A stretch of DNA of 64,000 nt, taken from the IMG/VR virus record IMGVR_UViG_3300050491_000011, one strand, 5' to 3'. The DNA comes from a virus (taxonomy: Duplodnaviria > Caudoviricetes). Positions 45,506 to 55,518 of the stretch are shown here, one piece after another (the stretch's first letter is position 1; each line of letters opens with the position of its first letter). A program made the translations under genes and the position numbers. The notes beneath the pieces were generated by a model. It searched no databases. It saw nothing but the letters and a program-made list of their open reading frames with translations, and had not been told where the DNA came from.

Positions 45506-48442
45506 CTGCATTGGCTGGTGAAGCTTGAAGTTCACTTCGATAGCGTCAACAACCGAGTACGTGCCATCGGCCTGAGATTCCAGAGCCTTAGCAATACACA
45601 GACGAGACGAAGCATCCATCAAGGTGATCACGTCGTAGTCTTTATCAGCACCACCCAACCCAGTGAGACTAGCGCCGATAACGTCGTTAGCACCAAGGTT
45701 GTTGTAGATGTCGGTTTCGATCACGTTACGAGATACACGCTGGTTATCAAGACCTGCCACCACACGAGCAATCGTAGTGACTTCCATCGCGTCCCGAAGG
45801 TCAGTATTACCGTACACCTCTTTGCTGACCCAGAGGGTCACTGTCAGAGACTGAGACGTGTGCAGGGTTACCAGCTCACTGTCTTGTACAGTTGCTTCCA
45901 CGAACTTCAGAGTGTTGCGAGGCTGGAAGAACAAGTCGGTACGTTCGAACAGTTCTTGACGAACCGGAGCAAGCACTTCGTTGATCCACTCATTGAGGAT
46001 CTGAGGTACTTCCTTCACGTAAGTCAGATCACCACCTTTGGTAGCGTAGCGATACACGCCATCGAACAAGCAGACATCCCACCAGTGGATAACGTTACGT
46101 TCCGATTCGTAGATCGGGTTACCGTTCTCGTCGAGGACTGCGTCGTTGATGTAGTGCAGGACTGTCTTGTTGCCGTCGGCATTAAGAACGAAGTCGCCTT
46201 TCCTGTGCTTGATCTTGAGTTGCTTGATACCATCAACCACTTCAAAGACCGGCTGCTTGTCAGCATCGAACTCGTAGTAGTTCTTATCCCACGTCTGATA
46301 CACAACTGCATCGTAGGTCTGAACTTTACGCAGGCCTGCCAAGTCACGGCAAAGCGCCCACAGACCAGTCAGCTCATCGCCCAGCTTGATCGTCAGCTCT
46401 TCGTGGTAAATACCAGTCGAACCATCAGGTAAGAGGAAGTCACCCAACACCTGATCCACTTCAGTAGTCTTCGCATCTTCAACAGCGTAATCGGACACCG
46501 ACCAGATCAGCGAGAACTGGTTGGTCAGGTAAGTAGACAGATTACGTGCTTCAGGTTCGTACATGCTGAAGTTAGACAACGTCAGCTCATGGTCACCGTT
46601 GATGTCCCAGTTACTGTCGAGACGGAACGTGTAGATACGCTCACCGTTCTTAGCGATCTGCACACCGTTAACGTAAGCGTAGTCACTCTCACCAACAGGT
46701 TTGAATGCAAGCTGTACGTGAACCTGATCATCTCTCAGCGCTTGCCACGCATCGTTAGACGAGCTGCGAACTGTCAGCAGATAACCAGCATCATCGCGAA
46801 CGACAGACATGGTGTTGCTGGAGCTTACAGTCAAGCCCAAGGTATCGTTACTGGCGAGGAACGACTTGACGTCGATCTCTGGAGCGTTCAAGTAGTACGG
46901 CCGTACTTCGAAGTTGAAGTTGGCAGTGTCGAGAACGTAGTGCAGTGGAGTCCAGAGGTAAGTGCCATCGGAGACCTTGTTGATCAGTGGATCACCTTTC
47001 AACAGATCGATCGCTTTACGATCAGCATCCTTAACGATAGTCAACACGCCATCGATGTACCGATACAGAGTCTTCGGAGTCACCGTGAAACGCTGACCAT
47101 TGTCGACGACCGTTTCGTATTGCAGCAGATCAGCGATAGCGAACTTGGCCGTGATAACAGCGGAGTCGATACCTGTGGTCGCTACACCTGCTTCGTTCAC
47201 CGGCATGGCGCGAGTGGCGAGGAAGGTACGTTCGGTAACCACGTCTGTAGGCTTCATCGAGTCGAAACCCAATTCGTCCAGAGTGGTCTTCATCTGCAAG
47301 TCACTGACCGGGATAACCGCATCACCAACTGCGTTGTTGAGAACACGACTACGACGCTGTTCAAACGTCGGAGCATCAGCACCACCACTGATCAGATCGG
47401 TGGAAACAATGCTGATTGTGTTCATCGTAGACAACGGAGCCTTATAGACACCAGCATCATCGTTATCAAGGTCGCTGTAAGTCGCTACGAACGCTTCCGG
47501 CGGCAGACCTGACAAAGACATCGTCATCTGGCCTTTCGTCGTGTATACGTCAACACGGATGTCTTTCGTGGTGAGGTTGGTTGCGAAGTAAACGTACGGC
47601 AGCTCAATCGTCAGCTCGTTGTTCACCAACTTGTACAGCAGAGTCGGGTCAGTCGGGTCGAACGATTGGATGCTGTTGGTCGTCTTGATCTCATCCCACC
47701 CTTTGGTGGCAGTGTTACGAGAGAACGCCCGAACGTAGTAGAACTTATCAGTCAGGGTCAGAACCTTCTTCAGGGACTTGGCGCCAGACAGACTGTAGGT
47801 GTACGACGTCAGCAACATCTGCTTGATCGGCACATCCACACGAAGCATCTCAACGACACCGCCGTTGTTTGGATCAACGAGAGTCCTGACAGGTTGTGTC
47901 TTGACCTTGTTACCCGAAAGCTTCTGAAGAGGCGATGGGCGACTGCCATCGTAAACCACATCGATACCACCGTTACGCTTCACGATGAAGTTGATAGCGT
48001 ATTGGAAAGTGAACGCGACGTTGTTCACGACAATCCGAGTGTGCTTCGGAATGGTCAGGCGCTTAGTGCCGGTATTGCCGACAGGTACAGCGCTAGCGAT
48101 GATCTCATCGACCGAGAAGAACCAACTGAAGGTTCCGTCAGCAGGAGTATCGAACATCCCCTCGAAGTCTTTGTCGGACAGGTGATAGAACAGAGTCTCA
48201 TCGTCCACAGCCTGAATCGGATACTGGCGTGTGTTGAGAACCTGGTCTTCCTGAATGCCAGCCAACCCTAGGACGACAGACATTTCCATCAAGTGAGGAA
48301 ACGGCGCGGATGGGTTGGTTACAATCGTTGCACCGTCGAACGCTTCCTCGGTCATTCCCATCAGTAGAGGAATGATTCGAGTTGGTTCGTACTGCATCTC
48401 CGCCATCTCATCGAGAATGGTGGTGTGATCAATTGTAGTCAT
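45500..48442 (-). CDS. Large baseplate wedge protein (T4 gp6 / P2 gpJ-like)
   Basis: 980 aa; SGGADAPTFEQRRSR matches the baseplate-J GGxDxE...R motif. Confidence 0.65.
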   Translation of the reverse strand: MTTIDHTTILDEMAEMQYEPTRIIPLLMGMTEEAFDGATIVTNPSAPFPHLMEMSVVLGLAGIQEDQVLNTRQYPIQAVDDETLFYHLSDKDFEGMFDTPADGTFSWFFSVDEIIASAVPVGNTGTKRLTIPKHTRIVVNNVAFTFQYAINFIVKRNGGIDVVYDGSRPSPLQKLSGNKVKTQPVRTLVDPNNGGVVEMLRVDVPIKQMLLTSYTYSLSGAKSLKKVLTLTDKFYYVRAFSRNTATKGWDEIKTTNSIQSFDPTDPTLLYKLVNNELTIELPYVYFATNLTTKDIRVDVYTTKGQMTMSLSGLPPEAFVATYSDLDNDDAGVYKAPLSTMNTISIVSTDLISGGADAPTFEQRRSRVLNNAVGDAVIPVSDLQMKTTLDELGFDSMKPTDVVTERTFLATRAMPVNEAGVATTGIDSAVITAKFAIADLLQYETVVDNGQRFTVTPKTLYRYIDGVLTIVKDADRKAIDLLKGDPLINKVSDGTYLWTPLHYVLDTANFNFEVRPYYLNAPEIDVKSFLASNDTLGLTVSSSNTMSVVRDDAGYLLTVRSSSNDAWQALRDDQVHVQLAFKPVGESDYAYVNGVQIAKNGERIYTFRLDSNWDINGDHELTLSNFSMYEPEARNLSTYLTNQFSLIWSVSDYAVEDAKTTEVDQVLGDFLLPDGSTGIYHEELTIKLGDELTGLWALCRDLAGLRKVQTYDAVVYQTWDKNYYEFDADKQPVFEVVDGIKQLKIKHRKGDFVLNADGNKTVLHYINDAVLDENGNPIYESERNVIHWWDVCLFDGVYRYATKGGDLTYVKEVPQILNEWINEVLAPVRQELFERTDLFFQPRNTLKFVEATVQDSELVTLHTSQSLTVTLWVSKEVYGNTDLRDAMEVTTIARVVAGLDNQRVSRNVIETDIYNNLGANDVIGASLTGLGGADKDYDVITLMDASSRLCIAKALESQADGTYSVVDAIEVNFKLHQPMQA

Positions 48443-48444
48443 GA

Positions 48445-49515
48445 TTAGAGACCCTTCGTCAGAGCTTTGTACTGTTCGTTTTCAATCCACCACTGGAGTT
48501 CGTTCGTTTCCAGATCGATCCATGGATAGCCGTTGTAGTTTGTCGCAGCGTAGAAGGCATAAGGCACTTTGGTGTATTTCTGAGTGCGGGTGGAATCTTG
48601 CATGCCTTTGTTAGTGCGAGCAATCCGGTAGTTGAATTCAAGCAACTGGATCGGATCGTTGTACACAGCGCCAACCGAGGTGAAGGTTACGGAGAGTTGC
48701 TTGTTCTCAAACTCAGCCGCTTCCTCACGGTTAAAGCCGAAGCCTGCACCGATGGAAAGGTTGGTCGGTACGGAAGCACCGGTGTGGAACCACTGAACGA
48801 TCTTCTGCCCATTCGTATCCAACTTGAAGCGTTCAATACGAGTGAAGTAATCCATCTCGTTCTGAACACGTTGAGCTGGATGGGGGATGATCGGACCAAT
48901 CCGAAGATAGGTCATGTACAACAACCAAGTGTGGAACAATGCGAGAACCGCGTTGCCCTTAAAGTTGTTGAACGTACAGGTCAAGTCAAACCGACCATTA
49001 TACTCAGCGATCGAGTCGTTCATAATCCAGGTCTCTTTAGCGATACCTTCAGGACTACTATAGATGTTGACGCCGATGTCAGGCGGTGAGCTCATGGTCA
49101 TGATGCTGTTTGTCAGCAACGTGATGTAAGGATTCAGGTTATCCACGAGGGCCGATTGTTTGGCCGTCTTGTATGTTGTGGGGTCCAACATCATCCTTAC
49201 AGCGTATTGATATGACAGAGGGTCTTGCGTCATAAGCGCAGCGAGTTGTCGGACGGGCGATATGTTATCGTACGACAGGTTGAGGTTTGGGCGTGTAAAC
49301 AACACCAAGCCTTGCAACTCTCTATGAAGCGGTAAAGGCGCTAAGTTGGGCAGTCGGTTGAGTCCGAAGAACATGTCGCTATAGCGGCTGAACTCGGCAC
49401 CGGCACCCATAGTCCTGGAGATGCTATCAAGTAATGCGTAAGAGTTGTCGAGTCCGCCAGCGTCAGCAACGGACTTCATAATCGTGTTATAGAGAAAATC
49501 ATCTGCTGTGGACAT
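48445..49515 (-). CDS. Tail-tube-like virion protein (tube initiator, T4 gp48/54-like)
   Basis: FTRPNLNL and DLTCTF...LFHTW patterns; co-transcribed with the wedge gene; the fold call is an inference. Confidence 0.5.
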   Translation of the reverse strand: MSTADDFLYNTIMKSVADAGGLDNSYALLDSISRTMGAGAEFSRYSDMFFGLNRLPNLAPLPLHRELQGLVLFTRPNLNLSYDNISPVRQLAALMTQDPLSYQYAVRMMLDPTTYKTAKQSALVDNLNPYITLLTNSIMTMSSPPDIGVNIYSSPEGIAKETWIMNDSIAEYNGRFDLTCTFNNFKGNAVLALFHTWLLYMTYLRIGPIIPHPAQRVQNEMDYFTRIERFKLDTNGQKIVQWFHTGASVPTNLSIGAGFGFNREEAAEFENKQLSVTFTSVGAVYNDPIQLLEFNYRIARTNKGMQDSTRTQKYTKVPYAFYAATNYNGYPWIDLETNELQWWIENEQYKALTKGL

Positions 49516-49650
49516 GGGAAACCTCAGTCTTTCGTTTATTCCTAGAAATACAAAGAGAAGGGATGCGCCCCTTCACTGAAAACCATCACCATCCCCATCT
49601 ATGCAGGCGGTTTATCCATCGGCGATAATTGCCTTAGGAGTAAAATAAAG

Positions 49651-50859
49651 ATGATTGCTGAAATCCTCAAAGCTGCGGGTGCTGTTGCCGGAGGTGCGAT
49701 CCTTCATGCAACTGCAAAGGCTATTGGCGAGAACGTAGCCACCAAAGTCGTTGACACCTCGCTCAATAAAATGGTCGATGTCTTGACTGGCCAATGGGCC
49801 GGCGGCGCTGGTCAGAACTACATCTCCAAAACCCAATCCGTGCGTATCGAACCGTTCACTCTGATCGATTCGCGTGCAGTGCGTTTGCCGTACATGAAGG
49901 ACGTGATGAACGTCGCTCAGCGGCTGTTCACTTCGTACTATCTGTTGTCGGTTGCTTCTGACAACAAGGTTGGCGGCGTGCGCGTTGCGAAGTACCTCGA
50001 CAAATTTGCACCTGATCGTGACTTGCACGAAGCGACGAAAGAGTTTCTTTCGATGGAGTCATATCAATTCGGCCTGCCTTTCGTTGGCGAAGCCGCTGGC
50101 CTGAACCGCTATTCGGACTACACCACCGAAGCGTTCGATCCAACCAAAGGCCCAGGCGCGCCAGCCCAAGGTAATGGCGCTACCTACGCTGCTGGCACCG
50201 CTAGCACCCTGAAAGACGTCGGTAACCTGGCTGTTGGTCAGATCGTTGACGTGAAGATTCAGGACGGTCAGAACTCCGCCACCATCCCAGTCTCCATTCG
50301 CATGCGCACCATCGGCATGGAACCGGTTACTCTGGTTGAACTGCTATCTCTGGTCGGCGCTGATCAAAGCACCTCCACCCGGTGGCGTAAGTTCAAGGTC
50401 GGCGAACTGACCTTGTGGAAAGACCTGGTTATGGCTCAAGACCGTATCGACGATTATCGCCGTGCAGTTGTGAACGACAAGTCGGGCTACTTCCGCAAAG
50501 CTCACAAGCGCCAGAACCGCGGCATCGTCGCCAACCTGCTGACTTCCCGCCCATCGATCGGCGACGCCACTTCGGTCTGCATCATCACCAAAGATACACA
50601 GCGTGAAGTTGAAGGCAAGATGAACGGTCGCTTCTCTGACTTCGCTACACGTCAGCAGATGTTCGAAGGCGGTCTGATGATGCTCCTGTTCGTTATCGAC
50701 CCGGACATGGAAACTCTGACCATCTACACCCGCGACATCGAAGACTACGGTGTTTACACTATGTCCGATATCAAGTCGGCTGGTCCTTCGAGCGGCAACA
50801 CCGATCTGTCCGAGATCATGCGTTCCTATCTGGAAGGCAAAGTCCCAGGCCGTCTGTAA
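49651..50859 (+). CDS. Internal head protein (phiKZ gp89-like)
   Basis: LSME-SY maturation site; AGGAG SD; synteny with the inner-head block. Confidence 0.65.
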   Translation: MIAEILKAAGAVAGGAILHATAKAIGENVATKVVDTSLNKMVDVLTGQWAGGAGQNYISKTQSVRIEPFTLIDSRAVRLPYMKDVMNVAQRLFTSYYLLSVASDNKVGGVRVAKYLDKFAPDRDLHEATKEFLSMESYQFGLPFVGEAAGLNRYSDYTTEAFDPTKGPGAPAQGNGATYAAGTASTLKDVGNLAVGQIVDVKIQDGQNSATIPVSIRMRTIGMEPVTLVELLSLVGADQSTSTRWRKFKVGELTLWKDLVMAQDRIDDYRRAVVNDKSGYFRKAHKRQNRGIVANLLTSRPSIGDATSVCIITKDTQREVEGKMNGRFSDFATRQQMFEGGLMMLLFVIDPDMETLTIYTRDIEDYGVYTMSDIKSAGPSSGNTDLSEIMRSYLEGKVPGRL

Positions 50860-50885
50860 TCATCACGAAATAAGAGAAGAGTCCA

Positions 50886-51788
50886 ATGGATATCTTAAGC
50901 TGGGTTAGTTCCATCCTCCCGACCTTCGGGAAGAAAGACGTGCGTGAGAAGTTGCGCACCATCTCGAAGAAACTGACGGACATCGTCAAGCCTTCGGTTG
51001 AGCTGTTTCGTGAAGAGATCAAGGAACGCCAACTGAAGTCTGCTTACGGTAAGTCCTTCTTCAAGGACATCGTGGGCGTTCTTCCGTCGCGTCTCCAAGG
51101 CGGCGATAGCCCGTTCAGCTTCGTGCTGACCATGGCGATCGACAACGCGGTCAAGCTGCTCGACCAGCTCGAGCAGTACGTTACCAAGAACATGGGTGAG
51201 ACCATCCATATCGAAGGTATCACGTACCAGAAGGCGTCGGTGATTCGTCTCATCGAGATGATCGACTTCTTCGCGGATTACTCCAACCGGAACCTGTCCT
51301 ACCTTGTTGCGTCTGAGACCAACATCGAAGCGTTCGACAAGCCCGACGGTAATCCGTTTACGCCTTTCGCCTTGAAGTATCTTCAGAACAACAAGCTGCC
51401 CTACATTCAAATGTTGGGCCTATTGCTGAATGACCCGAAGAAGATCATGGGCGACATCAACGGCATCCCGGAAGTCGTAATGACTGACGCCGGTGTCGGT
51501 GAAGTGCCTGCTCTGGCAGGCGGTGCTGCTGACCCTCTTCGTCTGGGCGCGTTCCCGATCGTTACCAGTGTGTTCCACTGGGTTGGCCTGCGTAACGTCG
51601 ATTACGATATCGAGCGCTACGAGTTGGCCAAGAAAGAACGCCGTGACATCGAGATGCGTCTCGAGACTCTGCGTCAGCGTCGCTCGGGCAACCAAGACGC
51701 TCAGGCCGAAGTCATCATCGGCAACTACGAGCGTGAGCTGACTCTGGCCCGTGCCAAGGTCACCACGATGGAGGAGAAGCTGCGATGA
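50886..51788 (+). CDS. Internal head protein (phiKZ gp90-like)
   Basis: 300 aa; C-terminal coiled coil; synteny. Confidence 0.62.
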   Translation: MDILSWVSSILPTFGKKDVREKLRTISKKLTDIVKPSVELFREEIKERQLKSAYGKSFFKDIVGVLPSRLQGGDSPFSFVLTMAIDNAVKLLDQLEQYVTKNMGETIHIEGITYQKASVIRLIEMIDFFADYSNRNLSYLVASETNIEAFDKPDGNPFTPFALKYLQNNKLPYIQMLGLLLNDPKKIMGDINGIPEVVMTDAGVGEVPALAGGAADPLRLGAFPIVTSVFHWVGLRNVDYDIERYELAKKERRDIEMRLETLRQRRSGNQDAQAEVIIGNYERELTLARAKVTTMEEKLR

Positions 51789-52300
51789 GCAACCTCGTAT
51801 ATACACACCGTGGCTTCCCATGCGTGATGGATATCGAGATTTCCCAAGGGGCTGTTTACGAAGCCCCTGAGGTCAGCACGATCTATCGTGAACGCATGCA
51901 GCAAACTCGCCCTGGGTTTGAAGTCGAACTCGATCAGGTTGAAATGCTATTAGGTGAGTGGACTCGTACTGGTGGCTTCTTCACCCCGAGTCTGCACCCG
52001 TCGGTACGTCTGAGCGGCTCTGTGCAGTCGTTCATTGCCGAGACAGCGCTCTTCCTGACCAAGCGTATCACTCGCCGTCGCGTCAGCTTCCAAGACCGCG
52101 GTATGCTGATGAAGCAAGACATCGCTGTGGCCACACGTCTCCCAACCTTCACTGATGACGAGCGTGCGGCATTGACTGAACTCTCTGGTATGAAACCAGA
52201 AGTTCTGATCCAGTTCTGGATCACCCGGCTGGGCCTGGACGATCTGTCTTGCTCCATGCAGTTGTATGTAGGTGACCGTTCCAATTCGGACATGATGTAA
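51785..52300 (+). CDS. Small virion protein
   Basis: ATGA coupling inside the head operon. Confidence 0.6.
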   Translation: MSNLVYTHRGFPCVMDIEISQGAVYEAPEVSTIYRERMQQTRPGFEVELDQVEMLLGEWTRTGGFFTPSLHPSVRLSGSVQSFIAETALFLTKRITRRRVSFQDRGMLMKQDIAVATRLPTFTDDERAALTELSGMKPEVLIQFWITRLGLDDLSCSMQLYVGDRSNSDMM

Positions 52301-52358
52301 TAATGTGCGTATACGCCGTCGGTTGCGCACCGACGATTAATATCCCTAGGAGTTTCAC

Positions 52359-53696
52359 ATGAGCAAATCTCTGCACGCAGCCCTTCTTCAATACGGCGTC
52401 GAATCCGGCGAGATCGAGCCAGAAGAAGTGATCTACCCGGCCGGTGAAGAAGAAATCACCGTCATCACCGACGAAACCATGTCGGACCTGGAAGAAGCCG
52501 TTGCCGAACTGGCCGACGACGTCGAAAAGGTTGAAGACCACGAAAACGGCGCCGAAAAGGTGATCGAGGCTGTTGAATCCCTGGAAGCCTACGTTGTTCA
52601 GTTCGAACGTCTGGGCGAAGCCGGCATCAGCATCAACACCACCGCGGCCAACTTCGCGCTGCAAGGCATCGTCGCTTCCCTGGAAGGCCGCAACATTCCT
52701 GCCGCCGTCTACAGCACCGAAGCCTTCGCGCTGCAAGAGTCGTTCGAAGCTGACGACAAAGAAGCCGACAAAGGTCCTGGCCTGCTGGGCAAGGGTAAAG
52801 CCCTGCTGACCAAGCTGTGGAACATGTTGAAAGCCGCTGCTGGCGCTGTGAAGCAAGCCATCATCGACTTCTTCGCCACCATGGGCAAATCCGCTGCCGC
52901 CATCAAGGCCGGCGGTGAGAAGCTGAAGCGTGTTGGCGCATCGATCAAAGACAGCAAAACTGTCTCCCTGAAAGGTGGCTCGTATAGCGCTCTGACCGTT
53001 GGCGGTTCGGTTGATCCGATCAAGGCAATGGGTGACGTTAATAGCGGCTACAAGACCGCTGTTGTTGACAACATCACCAAGCTGCGCATCGTGGTTAACC
53101 CACTGGTGAAAGCTCTGCGCAACCCAACTCCAGGCGGCGTCAAGTCGGCTGCTGAAGGTATCGACGTCAAGTCGCTGGCTTCCGCAAGCGCTTCCCTGCC
53201 AGGCGGCTTCGTTGCTCACTTCACCGTTGGTTCGGGTGAAGGCGTTGCAGCTCTGACCGGCACTACCTTCAAGATCGAGAAGACCAAAGGCGGCGAAGCT
53301 GCTAAGGACTTCAACGCTCTGTCCGGTGGTGACATCGTCAAGCTGGGTACTGCTGTTGTTGCCACTGCTGACCTGATGGTCAAAGCCAAGTCCGACGCTG
53401 ACGCCATCATCAAGTCGAACGACGAGCTGCTGTCGGCCGCTACCACCGCGATCAACGCTGCCAAGGACGACGAAGCTCAGGGCGCTGCTCGCGAGCTGCT
53501 GAAGACCGCTACCAAGCTGATGTCCGTTACCAAGGGCTTCGTACCTACCTACGTTCGCTACATGGCTACCACTGCCAAGGTTGCGTACAAAGCTGGTATG
53601 GCCTCGGCTTCGGCTCACGGCAAGAAAGACAAAGCTGAAGACGGCGCGGCTGATAAGCCAGCTGACCCAAAGCTGCTGAAAAACGAGGACAAGTAA
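52359..53696 (+). CDS. phiKZ-type internal head protein (gp93/95/97-like family)
   Basis: Acidic propeptide with GVE, SLE, STE and SFE sites; Ala/Lys-rich mature part; very strong codon bias. Confidence 0.8.
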   Translation: MSKSLHAALLQYGVESGEIEPEEVIYPAGEEEITVITDETMSDLEEAVAELADDVEKVEDHENGAEKVIEAVESLEAYVVQFERLGEAGISINTTAANFALQGIVASLEGRNIPAAVYSTEAFALQESFEADDKEADKGPGLLGKGKALLTKLWNMLKAAAGAVKQAIIDFFATMGKSAAAIKAGGEKLKRVGASIKDSKTVSLKGGSYSALTVGGSVDPIKAMGDVNSGYKTAVVDNITKLRIVVNPLVKALRNPTPGGVKSAAEGIDVKSLASASASLPGGFVAHFTVGSGEGVAALTGTTFKIEKTKGGEAAKDFNALSGGDIVKLGTAVVATADLMVKAKSDADAIIKSNDELLSAATTAINAAKDDEAQGAARELLKTATKLMSVTKGFVPTYVRYMATTAKVAYKAGMASASAHGKKDKAEDGAADKPADPKLLKNEDK

Positions 53697-54034
53697 AATC
53701 CGCCGAGGACGCTCCGGCGTCCGTCACCTCGAACGTTGAAAAGTTCGTTAAAGAAGGTGACTTGGACCACATTCGTACAGCTCTACGTTTGGAGCTGAAC
53801 AATGCGAAGTTGTCCTCGAAGGATTTCGTTGAGATGGTTAAGTGGGTGAAGGCCAACGTCAAAGGGTTGTTCGTACCTTACGATGAAGGTTCCTTCGCCA
53901 GGGAGATGAAAGAGAGTAAGTCGGATTGGGACGAGGACTACTTCCATATGCAAGTAGTCTACCTGAAAACCAACTTCTCTGAAAAGCGTCTCCAACACCT
54001 CATCCGTGTTAACGAGCACTTGTCGAAGAAGTGA
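53666..54034 (+). CDS. -1 frame C-terminal extension of the upstream head protein (track ORF 53762-54034)
   Basis: Frame opens at the C CCA AAG heptamer; no ATG/GTG/TTG before 53762; protein-like sequence continues upstream of that TTG. Confidence 0.6.
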   Translation, partial: PKAAEKRGQVKSAEDAPASVTSNVEKFVKEGDLDHIRTALRLELNNAKLSSKDFVEMVKWVKANVKGLFVPYDEGSFAREMKESKSDWDEDYFHMQVVYLKTNFSEKRLQHLIRVNEHLSKK

Positions 54035-54048
54035 TCTAATCGCTTCTA

Positions 54049-54082
54049 GTATAGCGGGGGTGGAAACACCCCCGTTCTATGC
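54049..54082 (+). terminator. Hairpin GTATAG-CGGGGGTG-GAAA-CACCCCCG-TTCTATGC
   Basis: Placed after 54034, not after 53696, so the extension lies inside the transcript. Confidence 0.75.
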
Positions 54083-54142
54083 CGCGTTTATGATATAGCT
54101 TCCGCTATCAACACCATCCTACTTGTGCAACGGGTGATAACA

Positions 54143-55450
54143 ATGACACGGTTCTCCGACGAATTCAAACAGTCGATGCTTGGCGACGGTTCTTTCGAAT
54201 CCGCCATCGTCGATGAAAGCGCTTACCAAGAAACAGGCATCACTCCTGAGCTGGTTATCCAGACTCAAGAAGAACGTGCAGAGCTCGCTGATGCTCTGGA
54301 TCAGGTTGATGAAATCGGTGATGACCGTAAAGACATCGACGCTGCCGCTGCTGTAACTGACGCTGTTGTATCGGCAGTAAGCGCTGCTGAAACCATGCCC
54401 GCTGCTGCATCGGAAACCTTCGCTGAGATTGCGAACGTAACCATCGCTTCGGCTGCTCAAGTGCTGGACATGGAAATGCCTCGTCTCGAGACTGATCCAC
54501 ACACCGGCGCTATCACCGAAGCATCCATGGAAAGCTTCAGCAGCTGGTTCTCCGGCGCTGCCAAGTCCTTCATGGAAGCCAGTGCGAACTTCTTTGCTCG
54601 TATCGGTCTGGGTATCTCCCGTCTGAACGACAGCTCCCAAGGTCTGACTAAGCGCTGCATGCGCGTTCGTACCGTGATGGGTGATCGTAAAGGCAACGGC
54701 GGTAAGCCAATCAAGCTGAGCTCCGGCGTGCAGCGCCATCTGGTGCTGGGTGATGGTTATGCCTCCAGTCCTATCGAAGCTCTCACCGAGTTCTCGGTTA
54801 CCAACATCAGCGTTACTCGTGTAATCAACGAGTACCACAAGCGTCTGGGTGATCTGATCAAGGATCGTATCTTCGCAGCTGTTGCGTCTGGTCAGAAGAA
54901 CGACATCTTCGTTGACCTGAAGAGTTCCGACCTGCTGGAAGATCTCGAGAAGATCCTCGGCCGTCAGCCGAAGAACCTGATGGGTAACCAGATCTACGGG
55001 TTCAACGATCGCCCTGTCAACAAGGTGCTGACCGTAACCCTGCAATCGGGCATGCCTAACGCCATCGACCTGATCCGTCACCTCGATGCTCCGAACTCTC
55101 TGAGCAACGAACAGATCAGCGCGATGCTGGGTTCTCTGGAAGGTTTGATCGCTGAGCAACTGATTGCTCTCGAGAAGATCACCAGTCAGTCCAAGGCTTC
55201 GTTCAAGTCCCTGCAAGACGTGATCAAGAAGTTCAACGGCATGGCTGAAGAAGCTGAGATCGCTCAGCTCAAAGCCGGCGGCGCTGAAGCACCTGTTGCC
55301 ATCAACTCGATGGAACTGCTGCGCGTCGAGAACCAACTGGTTTCCGAACTCGGCCGCGTCTGCGACCGTCTGGTTGATTACCAGCGTGACATGATCGACC
55401 GTATCGACTCGTTGTTGACTTTGGTCGAAGAGTCGGTCTTCCAAGACTGA
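54143..55450 (+). CDS. phiKZ-type internal head protein paralogue
   Basis: SFE and ASME-SFSSWF maturation motifs; ATG 54143 (track start 54125). Confidence 0.75.
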   Translation: MTRFSDEFKQSMLGDGSFESAIVDESAYQETGITPELVIQTQEERAELADALDQVDEIGDDRKDIDAAAAVTDAVVSAVSAAETMPAAASETFAEIANVTIASAAQVLDMEMPRLETDPHTGAITEASMESFSSWFSGAAKSFMEASANFFARIGLGISRLNDSSQGLTKRCMRVRTVMGDRKGNGGKPIKLSSGVQRHLVLGDGYASSPIEALTEFSVTNISVTRVINEYHKRLGDLIKDRIFAAVASGQKNDIFVDLKSSDLLEDLEKILGRQPKNLMGNQIYGFNDRPVNKVLTVTLQSGMPNAIDLIRHLDAPNSLSNEQISAMLGSLEGLIAEQLIALEKITSQSKASFKSLQDVIKKFNGMAEEAEIAQLKAGGAEAPVAINSMELLRVENQLVSELGRVCDRLVDYQRDMIDRIDSLLTLVEESVFQD

Positions 55451-55462
55451 TCTCACTGACCT

Positions 55463-55496
55463 GCGTGGGGAGGGGTCAGCCCCTCCCTTCGTATGC
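55463..55496 (+). terminator. Hairpin GGGAGGGG-TCAGC-CCCTCCC followed by GTATGC
   Basis: Inverted repeat in the gap. Confidence 0.6.
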
Positions 55497-55518
55497 CGCT
55501 TATTCAAGGTGCTAGACC

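Noticed and set aside
53678-53684. Alternative slippery site G AAA AAC
   Set aside because: It needs a mismatched P-site re-pairing; C CCA AAG is canonical and coincides with the opening of the -1 frame. Kept only as a fallback
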